From Mobula hypostoma (taxonomy: Eukaryota): 64,000 nucleotides of DNA. The translations under genes and the position numbers were made by a program. This document shows positions 1 to 12,216 of the stretch, piece after piece; position 1 is the first letter of the stretch; each line of letters starts with the position of its first letter. The DNA lies in the NCBI RefSeq assembly GCF_963921235.1, contig NC_086126.1, positions 18,166,001-18,230,000 on the forward strand, in the 5' to 3' direction. The notes under the pieces are model-generated. The model saw only the letters and a program-made list of their open reading frames with translations, ran no database searches and was not told the origin of the DNA.

Positions 1-46
1 AAGAACTCCATAACTGAGGAAAATATCCTCAGAATGAGGTGTAAAT

Positions 47-284
47 CACAAACACGAGAGAATCTGCTGATGCTGGAAATCCAAAGCAACACACACTAAA
101 TGCTGGAGGAACTCAGCAGGACAGGCACACCCTATGGAAAAGAGTAAACAGTCGACTCTTTGGACTGAGACCCTTCATCAGATCCTTCCCTGGTGAAGAT
201 TCTCAGCCCGAAGTAGCGACTCGTTACTCTTTTCCATAGGTGCTGCCCGGCCTGCTGACCTACTCCAGCATTTAGTGTGTGTTG
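47..284. mobile_element. Short fold-back (inverted-repeat) Penelope-derived element with two degenerate hammerhead motifs
   Basis: Left arm (GCAACACACACTAAATGCTGGAGGAACTCAGCAGG...) is the approximate reverse complement of the right arm (...CCTGCTGACCTACTCCAGCATTTAGTGTGTGTTGC); centre has GAGACCCTTCATCAG (-) and CTGGTGAAGATTCTCAGCCCGAA (+); CTCAGAATGA occurs at 28-37 and 285-294. Confidence 0.7.
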
Positions 285-449
285 CTCAGAATGAAATGAC
301 AAGCATTCAGGATGGAAATGAGATGATATTTCTTTAATCAGAGAACAAAGAAGGTCTGTATTCCTTATATAAGTAATGTGGAGCCTCAGGTGCTGGGTTG
401 AGTCAAAGCTGAGATCAACAGTCTCTGGGAGAGTTTCAGTCACCAAGTG

Positions 450-915
450 AGTCCATAAGACCAGAAGATATAGGAGCAGAATTCGGCCATTTTGCCTGTC
501 GAGCCTTCTCTGGCATTTCATCATTACTGATCAATTTTTCCTCTGAGCCCCAATCTCCTGCCTTCCTTTGTATCCCTTCGTGCCCGGATCAATTAAGAAT
601 CTATGAATCTTTGCCTATACCTAGTGATTTGGCCTCCACAGCTGCCTGTGGCAAAGAAGTTCAGATTCACCACTCTCTGGCTGAATAAATTCCTCCTCAT
701 CTCCATTCTAAAAGGATGCCCCTCCATTTTGAAGCTGTGTGGTCCAGTTTTATACACTCCCACCACAGGAAATATCCTCTCCACATCCACTCACTCAAGC
801 CCTTTCACTATTTGATAGGTTTCAATTTGGTAACTCTTCTTTCTTCTAAGTTCCAGTGAATTGAGGCCCAGAGCTGTGAAGCTGTCTTCATTAGACAAGC
901 CACTTAATCCTGGTA
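450..915 (-). mobile_element. CR1 LINE 3' fragment
   Basis: Minus ORF 593-790 (GHSFKMEGHPFRMEMRRNLFSQRVVNL) matches the CR1 ORF2 C-terminus seen in the other CR1 copies. Confidence 0.75.
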
Positions 916-2099
916 AAATTCTCCATTTGTGACTTCATGTCAGCACAAAAAAATCTAGATTTCAGAGATGTTTGCATTTTGGAATTATGGACCAATCTGC
1001 ACAGCCCTAATTACTACTTTGTACTGTAGTAAACACTGTTTATCCCAGGCACACAGATGCAAAATAAAGACAGATGTAAATTTAAGGTAGGGAAGTTGAA
1101 CCTTACTTGGAGATAAAGCCTGATTAGTAGGCCTCAGAACATTATACTCCCCAAATGGTCAAAATAAAGCCAAGTAACAAGGTCTAAAATACCCACAATA
1201 TGCAGAATTACATGCCTCTTATTATCTTGGTCCATGGGATAATCACAAGCTGGGCCTGATCAACCCTGGCTGGGTCACCTGGGCGAGGATGTCTTATGAT
1301 TAAAGACCTGAAACACCCAATGACCCCAGGTTGCATTACTGACGATGTGTCCCTTTGCACACCCGGTTCATTAAGCCAAGTGGTGTCAGGCCACGTTAAT
1401 GAAAGGCATAGGCCAGATTAAAGTGACTGCACTACCCTATCCACCATAGTCCCACATATCTCACCATACTAAACTGCACAGCATTATCTCTCCCAGCCCC
1501 ACCCTCAAACCTAATCCTGAGGTCCAAGGGGGCACACACCCCAACAAACCCGATGACTAGTGTAAGGAGGAGGAAGATCCAATAAAGGCAAGTGTTGGAC
1601 CTGGTTAATGAAGGCATGGGCCAGATCAAAGTGGCAGCGTTGTGTGACACTGAATCTGGAGTGACGAGATGAAGAAGCACAAGAGGGATGATTCTCCCAC
1701 TGCCCGCATAATCTCTTTGTTATTTTGATTTTGTTCTGATAGTCTTCTATTTGAATATTTTGGTATAATTCATATTTAATTTCAGTGTTTCTTGTCAGTG
1801 TTGTGTCTCTGATGTAATGTGTCTGTGATGCTGCTACAAATACGTTGTTCCTTTCACCTGTGCATCAGTAAACTCGATTTGAACTTTATATTGAAATGTC
1901 GAAATCTCTACTTCACTCTCCTGCTGCCCTATGTCATGAACTAAACATCTTAGTGTTTAGTTTTACAAAATATTTTTTCTGATTTTATTTTTATTTTCAT
2001 TTTGCTTTTGAAATTTGCGTTTCCCTTTTCAATCTCAGCCCGCACCCCGGCCTGTCTCTGCCCTTCAGTACTTCCTCCCGCATTAAACGACAGCGTTAA

Positions 2100-2230
2100 C
2101 CCCGCCCATTGGCGCCGCTTCCCATCCCCCAGCGTTCCGATTGGTGACTCATTTCTCCAAACAGCCAATGGAAATGCTCAGAATTCCCATCCTCATTAAC
2201 ATCCCGCTTTGGGCGCTGCCTATTTAATCC
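2100..2230 (+). promoter_or_regulatory. H2B promoter: CCAAT boxes, variant octamer, TATA
   Basis: ATTGG at 2108 and 2140, CCAAT 2165-2169, ATTAACAT 2195-2202 (octamer position), TATTTAA 2221-2227; layout repeated at 12700-12845. Confidence 0.75.
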
Positions 2231-2279
2231 GCGCTCCGAACAGCTTCTGCTCATTATTGTGTTTGAAACCGACCAGGAA

Positions 2280-2654
2280 ATGCCGGATCCAGCGAAACCC
2301 GCTCCCAAGAAGGGCGCCAAGAAAGCTTTGTCCAAACCAGCGAGTAAGTCTGGCAAGAAGCGCAAGAGGTCGAGGAAGGAGACTTACGCCATTTACATCT
2401 ACAAAGTGATGAAGCAGGTTCACCCCGACACCGGCATCTCCTCCAAGGCCATGAGCATCATGAATTCATTCGTCAACGATATTTTCGAGCGCATCGCGGG
2501 CGAGGCTTCCCGCCTGGCCCATTACAACAAGCGGTCAACCATCAGCTCCCGGGAGATCCAGACCGCCGTGCGCCTGCTGCTGCCCGGGGAGCTGGCCAAG
2601 CACGCCGTGTCCGAAGGGACAAAGGCCGTGACCAAGTACACCAGCTCCAAGTGA
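2280..2654 (+). CDS. H2B: Histone H2B, replication-dependent, intact (124 aa)
   Basis: [12 protein letters not shown]...[17 protein letters not shown]; true ATG at 2280 (the ORF track starts 7 codons early); intronless; stem-loop downstream. Confidence 0.97.
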   Translation: MPDPAKPAPKKGAKKALSKPASKSGKKRKRSRKETYAIYIYKVMKQVHPDTGISSKAMSIMNSFVNDIFERIAGEASRLAHYNKRSTISSREIQTAVRLLLPGELAKHAVSEGTKAVTKYTSSK

Positions 2655-2691
2655 AGACAAACTTACTGACAAAACAAACCGGAAAATCAAA

Positions 2692-2731
2692 GGCTCTTTT
2701 AAGAGCCACTCACGGTTTCATTAAAGGAGTT
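2692..2731 (+). terminator. Histone 3' stem-loop and histone downstream element (H2B)
   Basis: GGCTCTTTTAAGAGCC 2692-2707; purine-rich AAAGGAGTT 2723-2731. Confidence 0.95.
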
Positions 2732-3099
2732 ATACAATGTTAGACAGGGAATTGAGGTAGATTTGGATTATTTTTGTTGATGAGCTCATTCAGAATCTTA
2801 TCCCCGTTAATCTGAATTTGCGGTCCGCTGCACAGTACAATCCCAATTTCTCTGTTACGTTCCTGCCTACTGCACAGACACGGAATCGTTACACACCCCT
2901 CTCCGTCATTTCCTCTCAGTTATCATATTTCCCTGAAGAGGACACTAATTGTTTCTGGTGTAATTACCGTGGGGAATGCGGTTCATTAAGCTTTGTCCCA
3001 TTTTGGTTACTTCTCTTAACCCCATTCCAACGCGAGAACTGAACACCGTCACGGTTCGTTCAGAGTTAAAGCTCCACTTTCTGACGGGCGACCCGTTCA

Positions 3100-3492
3100 C
3101 AATGACCGGGCGTGAACAGAAGTAGAGAATCGGTTTTATTCCAATCGTTTATCAATTAAAAGAAATCGGTGAACTAAATTCCCAGATACCATCGCAGTAT
3201 TAACTACACTTGGTTTAAATGTGTCGGACTTCAGTAAAGGGTCGACAAACAAACCTGTTGTTTAATTTCAGCAACAAAGGCTTTTTTGGCGGTCTTTTGC
3301 AAATTTCAGTTTATTTCGGCGGTTAGACGGTTATTTTCCGCGCTTCTACCGTTGCTGTCTCTTGCTTGGTGAATAAGGCAGCTCTCTGATTGGAATATTT
3401 TCTATTTCCAGTCAGATAAGGCATAATTTCACCAATCATAAACGCCCACTACATTCCTCCAGACTGCATAAGGAAGGGCGATTGGGCGTATT
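3100..3492 (+). promoter_or_regulatory. Orphan H2A-type promoter (coding sequence absent)
   Basis: Colinear similarity to 13320-13720 upstream of the H2A pseudogene (TTGGCGG, TTTCCGCGCTTCTACC, GATTGG, CACCAAT); followed directly by LINE sequence. Confidence 0.75.
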
Positions 3493-3494
3493 TC

Positions 3495-5400
3495 TAGAAG
3501 CCTGATTTTTAATGGTGAAGACTTCAAGTTTATTTCTGATTTATCCAATCTATCTGACGTTGTATGTATTCAGGAAACCTGGTTGTTACCGCATTTAAAT
3601 TCGTCCTTCCAGGATTAAATTGTAATCAGGCGTGATAGATTAGCTGGTACAGGAAGTGGTGTTGCAAATTTTATAAAGAAAGGGAGAGGGCATAGAGTTG
3701 TAAATGAAATGTATGAGGCACTTGTAGAAATATTTGATTCAACAGGTAGGGGCATTAACGTGGTATATTATAACCATTGTGGGAAGCTTTCGATTGATTT
3801 GTTGGAGAGTATATGTCGCTCTATTTTAATGCATACAGTTTATTGTGGGGTTGTTCTCAGAATGATGGCGATGGTTTGATTGTAGAAGAGTTTTAGACAG
3901 TTCACATCTTGTGTGTCTTACTGGTGGGAGAGTTGCGAGATTTAATAATCATTTAACTTTAGTTTCAACCATTCAGGCTGCAGTGAGTGAGTGGTATGTC
4001 ATGGGAGATGAAGCATTGGGGAGCGTATCATTTTCCTGTATTTATAAGCTTGGATTTGGATTTATATAGGGGAAAGGAGGCCACTTTTAGGAAGTGGAAC
4101 TTTGGTAAAACAGTTTGGTTAAGTTTTAATGTTTTATGTGGTGAGTGTCTGGGCTGAATGGTGAAGATGATGTAGATTTCTGCAAAGAATCACTGTCACA
4201 TTATTCATCATATTGTGGTGGAAGAAATTCATATTAAAAAGTGCATTGATAGGAGAAAAGCTGTACCATGGACGGGGGAGTGTGCAGAGGCAGTTACTGA
4301 GAGAATTGAGGCAGGAAGTTATGAAGTATCACTCTCTGCGTGATCATATTAAGTGTAACAGGTGAGGAAAGTAATGAAGGTTGTGAAAAAGATTTACTGG
4401 AGGTCATATTGTGAAAGTATTGGAAGGACTATTAAACTTGGAGATGTTTGAGGAATGAATAAGAATATAGGGGTGTGGGATTCATTGGGTTCCCAGTATT
4501 GATTAAAGAAGGTAATACAATTGTTACTGAAATGGAGAGCGTTTAGTTACTGGCTCGGTCACTTTATGCAATACATAATCAAAATAATGAAGAGACTAAA
4601 CAATATAGGGATAAGGTTTTAAGAGAATACCCTGATGTGTTGGAAACCAGCTGTAGCAGTGATAGCGAAGTAGAGTTTTCTTTGTGTGAATTTAAGAAAG
4701 TTATTAATAGTACAGGTCAGGTGGCTCCAGGAAAGGGTGATAATGTCATGGTCCCTTCTGGCAATCCCCCACCTTGCTAGTTACCTCAGCAATTGGGCCT
4801 CAATCCCCTCGTTGAATTTCCAATCATTCCCAGGTTCCACTAACTGCACACCTGCTTTCCATCAGGAATTGCAGGATAAAGACCCTGTGATCACAACAAG
4901 GAGCTGCCAGTTCGTTGGTCAACTCCCATGTGAGAAAATCTGATTCCTGAGGACTGTCAGTTCTAAGTTCCACATCGTTTCCTGGATACTCTACGTGACC
5001 CTTGTCTCTGTGCAAAGACTCTCCTGGATACCGGTTCCCCATTCACAGCGGTGCTAACACCTCATGACTCTGCCTCAACGCCTGTGTCCTGCACTTGGGT
5101 TTGTTCCCAGCCACATCCGTGCAACAGATACATGTTATTGCATGTTTAAACATATGGCCAACAGCTCTCTTGAGATAATATTACATTTCTGAATCATAAT
5201 TGGAATTCAGGCCATCTTCCCTCATGGAAAATGGCAATTCTAGTGTCTATTCTAAAACCTGGGAAACTCCTGTTGGATCCTTCTAGTTATAGACCAATAT
5301 CACTGATGTCCCATTTGTGTAAACTTACAGAATGTATGGTAATAGTGTGGTTGAATTATATTTTGGAAAAGGGAGGTGATGTGCTGTTGTTAACATACTG
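3495..5400 (+). mobile_element. Decayed Nimb/I-group-like LINE ORF2 (AP endonuclease to start of RT)
   Basis: Encodes VVCIQETWL (~3560-3585), APGK and KPGKLLLDPSSYRPISLMSHLCKL; many stops and frameshifts; homologous to 60580-62865 (-). Clade assignment is from motif recall. Confidence 0.7.
4744..5126. mobile_element. Probable solo LTR (383 bp) nested in the LINE
   Basis: TGTCATGG...GCAACA ends; flanks GATAA/GATAC; removing it rejoins LINE sequence (APGK...CYCMFKH-like). Confidence 0.55.
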
Positions 5401-5429
5401 GATTAATTTGAGGGGCAAGTGCTGGTTCC

Positions 5430-6045
5430 ACGCCACATGTTTCAAAATCAGTCAATGATTTTATGCAGAAAACTCCGCAGCTACTTGAACACAGCAAGCT
5501 TCCACAAACAATATACTCAATGGAGATGTCAATCTATGGCCTCCTATACTGTTGCAATGAGGACACACTTGGGGAGGAGGAACAACACCTTATATTCTGT
5601 CTGGGTAGCCTCCAATCTGATGGCATGAACATCGATTTCTTGATCTTCCGGTCCCCTCCCTCATCATTCCCCATCCCCTTTTCCCTCTCGTTGCCTGCCT
5701 ATCGCCTCCCTCTGGTGTTCCTCCCCCCTTTTCTTTCAACCATGGCCTTCTGTTCTCTCCTGTCAGATTCCCCCTTCTGCAGCCCTGTATCTCTTTCACC
5801 GATCAACTTCCCAGCTCTTTACTTCATCCCTCCCCCTCCCAGTTCCACCTGTCACTTTGTGTTTCTCTCTCCCCTCCCCACCTTTAAAATTTACTCCTCA
5901 TTGTTTTTTCTCCAGTCCTGCTGAAGAATCTCGACCCAAAATGTCAGCTGTACTTTTATCCATAGATGCTGCCTGGCCTGCAGAGTTTCTCCAGCATGTT
6001 GTGTGTGTTCCTTGGATTTCCAGCACCTGCAGATTTTCTCCTGTT
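5430..6045 (+). mobile_element. Penelope-like element 3' fragment
   Basis: EEQHLIFCLGSLQSDGMNIDF (GIY-YIG endonuclease C-terminus), pyrimidine-rich tract, degenerate hammerhead at ~5919-5950, family tail. Confidence 0.75.
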
Positions 6046-6114
6046 TATTACCCAATGTCAACAGGCATTTTGTGTGACAACTGTCAAAGTCCCACTCACT
6101 TTGAAATGCAGATA

Positions 6115-6315
6115 TGAAACTCGAGGTTCAGCAGATGCTGGGAATAAACTGTAAAGAGACACACACAAAGTACTGGGGGAACTCAGCAGATCAGGCAGCA
6201 GCTAAACAGACTAATACACAGTCTAGATAGGATGAAGTGTCTTGGCCCATAATATCAACTATTTATTCCTCTCCATAGATGCTGCCGGGGCCACTGACTC
6301 CCCCCAGCATTTTGC
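6115..6315. mobile_element. Short fold-back Penelope-derived element (degenerate)
   Basis: CTGGGGGAACTCAGCAGATCAGGCAGCA ... GATGCTGCCGGGGCCACTGACTCCCCCCAGCA inverted arms around a decayed hammerhead motif. Confidence 0.55.
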
Positions 6316-7204
6316 AAACATAACCTCTTTTTTCAGTCAATCAGTTTCTAAATGTTGTTGAACTTTCATCTGCAGCCTCATCCTCCTGGTCTGATTCCCT
6401 CCTCCTACTCCATGTAAACTTGAGCCTCCATCACATCTGGAGCCCCAAAGCCCTCATTTGTTCTGACCCCTCTTGTTTCTGCTCCACCATTTTGCTGTCA
6501 TACTTTAGAGGAGAGTGTTGTATTGCAACAGCCTGGCAGTGTGAGGCACAACCCTTCGAAATCAGTGAAAATGACACAAAAAGATTTTAACCACACAAGA
6601 CTTCATCCTTGGTCCAGAGCTGTGAGGAATGAAGACTATTTGGAACAAAACACTCGTGAATTCATCTTCTGCAGTTTCCAGAAAGTTACGGATTTAATTC
6701 AAAGTAAACCTCTTCATTCGCAGACTGGTGAGCAGTTGCAACCTGAATATTATAGGGTGAGTGAGTGGTGAACAGCAGGGATGGATTTGAAAGCTCTGGT
6801 GTGCAGCAGGAATATGAGCAGGTACCAGCTGGACTGAGTGGCCTCTCTACTGTACATTAGCTGTGTGACAGGCAGGAAGCACCTGAGACACAGGATCTGA
6901 AATAGAACTGACTAATTTGTCACAGATCCACAATATTAAACACCAGTGTATTTTAAGACTAACATCAGCAGGACGAACCCTCTAATGCACAGTGACCAGT
7001 CGCGATATCTGCAGAATCTGACATTAACAGTCTCACATGAACTTCCAATTAGATTCAGTCACCATGATAATTAAAATGTTCACATAGAGCTTATTTCAAC
7101 TTCCTCCCTGATGTGAAGATGCCAGTGATTCAGCAGGTGGGATGACTGAATAAATTTCCTTACTGACACAAGACCGAAGTGTGTTCTCTATGTATTATAA
7201 ACTC

Positions 7205-10052
7205 ACTGGAGCCTCACAAAGTGGGTGAACTGAATGAATCTCCTCCCACACTCAGAGCAGGTGTGAAGCTATACTGAGAGACAGAGACAACTGAGCCAAG
7301 TAGAGAGCAGGCTATTCTGGACCTGGTATTGAGCAATGAGGAAGGGTTAATCAGCAATCTTGTCGTGAGAGGTCCCTTGGGTAAGAGTGACCATAATATG
7401 GTGGAATTCTTCATTAAGATGGAGAGTGACATAGTTAAATCAGAAACAAAGATTCTGAACTTAAAGAAGGGTAACTTTGAAGGTATGAGATGTGAATTAG
7501 CTAAGATAGACTGGCAAATGACACTTAAAGGGTTGACGGTGGATATGCAATGGCAAGCATTTAAAGATCGCATGGATGAACTACAACAATTGTTCATCCC
7601 AGTTTGGCAAAAAAATAAATCAAGGAAGGTAGTGCACCCGTGGCTGACAAGGGAAATTAGGGATAATATCAATTCCAAAGAAGAAGCATACAAATTAGCC
7701 AGAAAAAGTGGCTCACCTGAGGACTGGGAGAAATTCAGAGTTCAGCAGAGGAGGACAAAGGGCTTAATTAGGAAGGGGAGAAAAGATTATGAGAGAAAAC
7801 TGGCAGGGAACATAAAAACAGACTGTAAAGCTTTTATAGATATGTGAAAAGAAAAAGATTGGTTAGGACAAATGTAGCTCCCCTGCAGACAGAAACAGGT
7901 GAATTGATTATGGGGAGCAAAGACATGGCAGACCAATTGAATAATTACTTTGGTTCTGTCTTCACTAAGGAGGACATAAATAATCTTCTGGAAATAGTAG
8001 GGGACAGAGGGTCCAGTAAGATGTAGGAACTGAGTGAAATACATGTTAGTAGGGAAGTGGTGTTAGGTAAATTGAAGGGATTAAAGGCAGATAAATCCCC
8101 AGGGCCAGATGGTCTGCATCCCAGAGTGCTTAAGGAAGTAGCCCAAGAAATAATGGATGCATTAGTGATAATTTTTCAAAACTCTTTAGATTCTGGACTG
8201 GTTCCTGATGATTGGAGGGTGGCTAATGTAACCCCACTTTTTAAAAAAGGAGGGAGAGAGAAACCAGAGAATTATAGACTGGTTAGCCTAACATTGGTGG
8301 TGGGGAAACTGCTTGAGTCAGTTGTCAAAGATGTGATAACAGCACATTTGGAAAGCGGTGAAATCGTTGGACAAAGTCAGCATGGATTTGTGAAAGGAAA
8401 ATCATGTCCGACGAATCTCATAGAATTTTTTGAGGATGTAACTAGTAGAGTGGATAGGGGAGAACCAGTGGATGTGGTATATTTGGATTTTCAAAAGGCT
8501 TTTGACAAGGTCCCAAACAGGAGATTAGTGTGCAAACTTAAAGCACACGGTATTGGGGGTAAGGTGGTATTGATGTGGATAGAGAATTGGTTGGCAGACA
8601 GGAAGCAAAGAGTGGGAATAAATGGGACCTTTTCAGAATGGCAGGCAGTGACTAGCGGGGTACCGCAAGGCTCAGTGCTGGGACCCCAGTTGTTTACAAT
8701 ATATATTAATGACTTAGATGAGGGAATTAAATGCAGCATCTCCAAGTTTGCGGATGACACGAAGCTGGGCGGCAGTGTTAGCTGTGAGGAGGATGCAGGG
8801 TGACTTGGATAGGTTAGATGAGTGGGCAAATTCATGGCAGATGCAATTTAATGTGGATAAATGTGAAGTTATCCACTTTGTTGGCAAAAACAGGAAAACA
8901 GATTATTATCTGAATGGTGGCCGATTAGGAAAAGGGGAGGTGCAATGAGACCTGGGTGTCATTATACACCAGTCATTTAAAGTGGGCATGCAGGTACAGC
9001 AGGCGGTGAAAAAGGCGAATGGTATGCTGGCATTTATAGCAAGAGGATTTGAGTACTGGAGTAGGGAGGTACTACTACAGTTGTACAAGGCCTTGGTGAG
9101 ACCACACCTGGAGTATTGTGTGCAGTTTTGGTCCCCTAATCTGAGGAAAGACATCCTTGCCATAGAGGGAGTACAAAGAAGGTTCACCAGATTGATTCCT
9201 GGGATGGCAGGACTTTCATATGAAGAAAGACTGGATGAACTAGGCTTATACTCGTTGGAATTTAGAAGATTGAGGGGGGATATGATTGAAACATATAAAA
9301 TCCTAAAGGGATTGGACAGGCCAGATGCAGGAAGATTGTTCCCGATGTTGGGGAAGTCCAGAACAAGGGGTCACAGTTTGAGGATAAAGGGGAAGCCTTT
9401 TAGGACCGAGATTAGGAAAAACTTCTTCACACAGAGAATGGTGAACCTGTGGAATTCTCTGCCACAGGAAACAGTTGAGGCCAGTTCATTGGATATATCT
9501 AAGAGGGAGTTGGATATGGCCCTTGTGGCTAAAGGGATCGGGGGTATGGAGGGAAGGCTGGTACAGGGTTCTGAGTTGGATGATCAGCCATGATCATACT
9601 GAATGGCGGTGCAGGCTCAAAGGGCCGAATGGCCTACTCCAACACCTATTTTCTATGTTTCTATGTTAAGTCTAGCTGCTCACCGGTGTGAACTGCCTGG
9701 TATTGTCAGAGCTCATGTGACTGAATGAATCCCGTCCCACACACACAGCAGGTGAATGGCCTTTTCCCGTGTGAACTTGCTGGTGTATCTGCAGGTGCAG
9801 TGGCTTGGTGAATCCGGTGTGGTGAATGTCAGCTCAGTGGTATCAACACTGGCCATTTATCAGGTCAGATCAAGGATATTTTCATGTATTGGGGTTCTCC
9901 TTGCAAAGACTGGTGTGCTGTCTTCTCAACCATCTCATCCTTCACATTCAATGGTTGGTAGCATTCGAATGTTGGGGAACTGACAAACACATGAGAACTG
10001 ACACGCTGTTGTGTTTGAGATTCTCAGACAGAAATTCTTTGACTTTTCTGCC
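7205..10052 (-). pseudogene. Degenerate C2H2 zinc-finger gene exon interrupted by a CR1 insertion
   Basis: Minus-strand translation gives HLQIHQQVHTG-(frameshift)-RPFTCCVCGTGFIQSHEL*QYQAVHTGEQ at ~9675-9815 and TCSECGRRFIQFTHF at ~7215-7265; candidate acceptor TTTTACAG at 10060-10053. Confidence 0.7.
7290..9667 (+). mobile_element. 5'-truncated CR1 LINE, relatively young
   Basis: ORF2 pieces: [65 protein letters not shown]; tail TTTCTATGTTTCTATG. Confidence 0.93.
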
Positions 10053-11354
10053 CTGTAAAATGTTTGCAAAGAAGATCAACAGGTGAAAGAGAATATATCT
10101 CAGCTGAGATTATTTTAGTTTTCATGTTGATGTCTGATGTCACACTGTTACAGTGAGGCTGAACACTGTCCGGAGGATCAACACTTCTAACTGGGCATAG
10201 TTCAGGCATAAGGACACAACATCAAATTCTCTGTTTTCCTCTCTGCCCATCAAGCTGTGACTTGGCTCAGTGTGTCTCTCTCCATTACTATAGCTTCACA
10301 TTCTGGCTATCTCCCACAGACCTACTAAAGCACACAATACAAACAGAGCTGCTTTGTGAGAGTTTCTGCTGATTATGACCCTGCTGGCATTTGACGGTGG
10401 TAAACTCAGAGTTAGCAATGCCATTGAACCTCAACAGAATATGATCAGGCTTTCTCGGTGCAGATTGACACTGCAGTATTCCTGTGGTGTAAGTGCTACT
10501 GGTACCCAGTGTGTTATTGTGGGTTTTTGCAAATAAAATGGCATGTGGCATTTTATGTTTAAGGACAACTATAACAACTCATTTATTGTTCTCCAAACAC
10601 AGAAACAAAGCACGGTTTAAAAAAAAATCACGTAATTACATCATAACATCTGTCCAGCCTCTTAAAGAGAAACACAACTCAATGTTGGTGGTTGTTAATT
10701 CTGCGTGTTTCCACCCATTTCATTACCCTGCACAGACACCCCCTTCCCCCCCGCCCCAGTCCTCTCACTCTGTGATTGTATATCTTTATAGCAGTTTATT
10801 TCCTTTCAATGTCACTTGCAGGATGTTATGGACAAACACATCAAGATATATCAGTGCTCCCAAGGGTGTTGCCATTTACTATGGACTTTCCTCCAACATT
10901 GGACCTGTAAACTCCTCACACTTGTCCAGATTAAACTCTGTCCCCCATTTCTTCATCCATGATTCTAATTGATCTACATCCAGTTCTGTTTGTTTGACAA
11001 TCTTCCTCACCACCCACAACTGCACCAACATTTGTGTCATCAGCGATCTGTGATCCGCCCATGTGTGTTTTAATCTGATCAAACAGAGGTCCCATCACTG
11101 ATCACTGTGGACACACTGGTTACAAATCTACAGTCAAAATCATTCTCAATTCTATCAGCCCGAATGTTGCTGCACGATACATACCATTCAAACCCTCCCA
11201 TACAGAGACTCGAGGAAAGTTATATATTTATCACAAGACCAGAGTTGGATTCAATGGTCTGGACTTGTTGCTCTGGATGCTCTGCTCCAAAAGTCCATTC
11301 AGATTAGTACAATGTAACCAGATACATCATCCCTGAGATACCGTTGTACAGCAT

Positions 11355-11830
11355 TGTGTCACAAACAAGAGAAAATCTACAGTTGCTGGAAATCCAAGCA
11401 ACACACAGAAAATGCTGAAAGAACTCAGCAGGCCAGGTAGAATCTATAGAACAAAAAATACAGTCAATGTTTCGGTCCAAAACCCTTCGGCAAGACTGGA
11501 GGTGAAAAGACAAGGAGTAGATTTAAAAGGTGGGAGTAGGGGAGAGAGAATATAAGGTGATTGGTGAATCCTGAAGGGGAAGGAATGAAGTAAAGAGCTG
11601 GGAAGTTGATTGGTGAAAGAGAGAGAAGGCCATGGACGAAAGAAAAGAGGGGAGGAGCACAAGAGGGAGGTGATGGATGGGCAAGGTGAGAGAAGAAAAG
11701 GGGATGGGAATTGGTGAGGGGGAGGGGAGCATTACCAGAAGTTTGAAAATTTAACGTTCATGCTATCAGTTCGGAAGTTACCCAGACAGAAAATGTTGTT
11801 CTTCCAATCTAAGTGTAGCCTCATCGCATT
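11355..11830 (-). mobile_element. Penelope-like element 3' fragment
   Basis: Reverse complement of the same tail, purine-rich tract and endonuclease-end layout as 5430-6045; degenerate hammerhead at ~11462-11497. Confidence 0.7.
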
Positions 11831-11956
11831 GTATGATTTTATTTAGAAAGCAAACTTCATTTAATTAAAGAGTTCAATTACAAGAATGAATCAGAAAGAA
11901 CTTTATACATTTACACCGCATGAGAGAATGGAAGATACATTGTGAAGTCCAACTCC

Positions 11957-12216
11957 CACACTGTACCAGAGACTGACAGGTACAGAATGAACCCCACACT
12001 CTCACACTGTACCAGAGACTGACAGGTACAGAATGAGCCCCACACTCTCACACTGTACCAGAGACTGACAGGTACAGAATGAAACCCACACTCTCAGAAT
12101 GTACCAGAGACTGACAGGTACAGAATGAACCCCACACTCTGACACTGTACCAGAGACTGACAGGTACAGAATGAACCCCACACTCTGACACTGTACCAGA
12201 GACTGACAGGTACAGA
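11957..12216. repeat. Minisatellite, 46-bp unit, ~5.7 copies
   Basis: Unit CACACTGTACCAGAGACTGACAGGTACAGAATGAACCCCACACTCT; period 46 (11961, 12007, 12053...). Confidence 0.95.

Noticed and set aside
2259-2279. 7-residue N-terminal extension of H2B
   Set aside because: Artefact of an alternative start codon call; the canonical MPDPAK begins at ATG 2280
7329-9593. Active autonomous CR1 or domesticated reverse transcriptase (also 46540-50160)
   Set aside because: ORF2 is broken into several frames by stops and frameshifts, and the first copy is 5'-truncated
11957-12216. CRISPR-like array (also 34343-34808)
   Set aside because: Contiguous tandem units with no unique spacers, no cas genes, and vertebrate context
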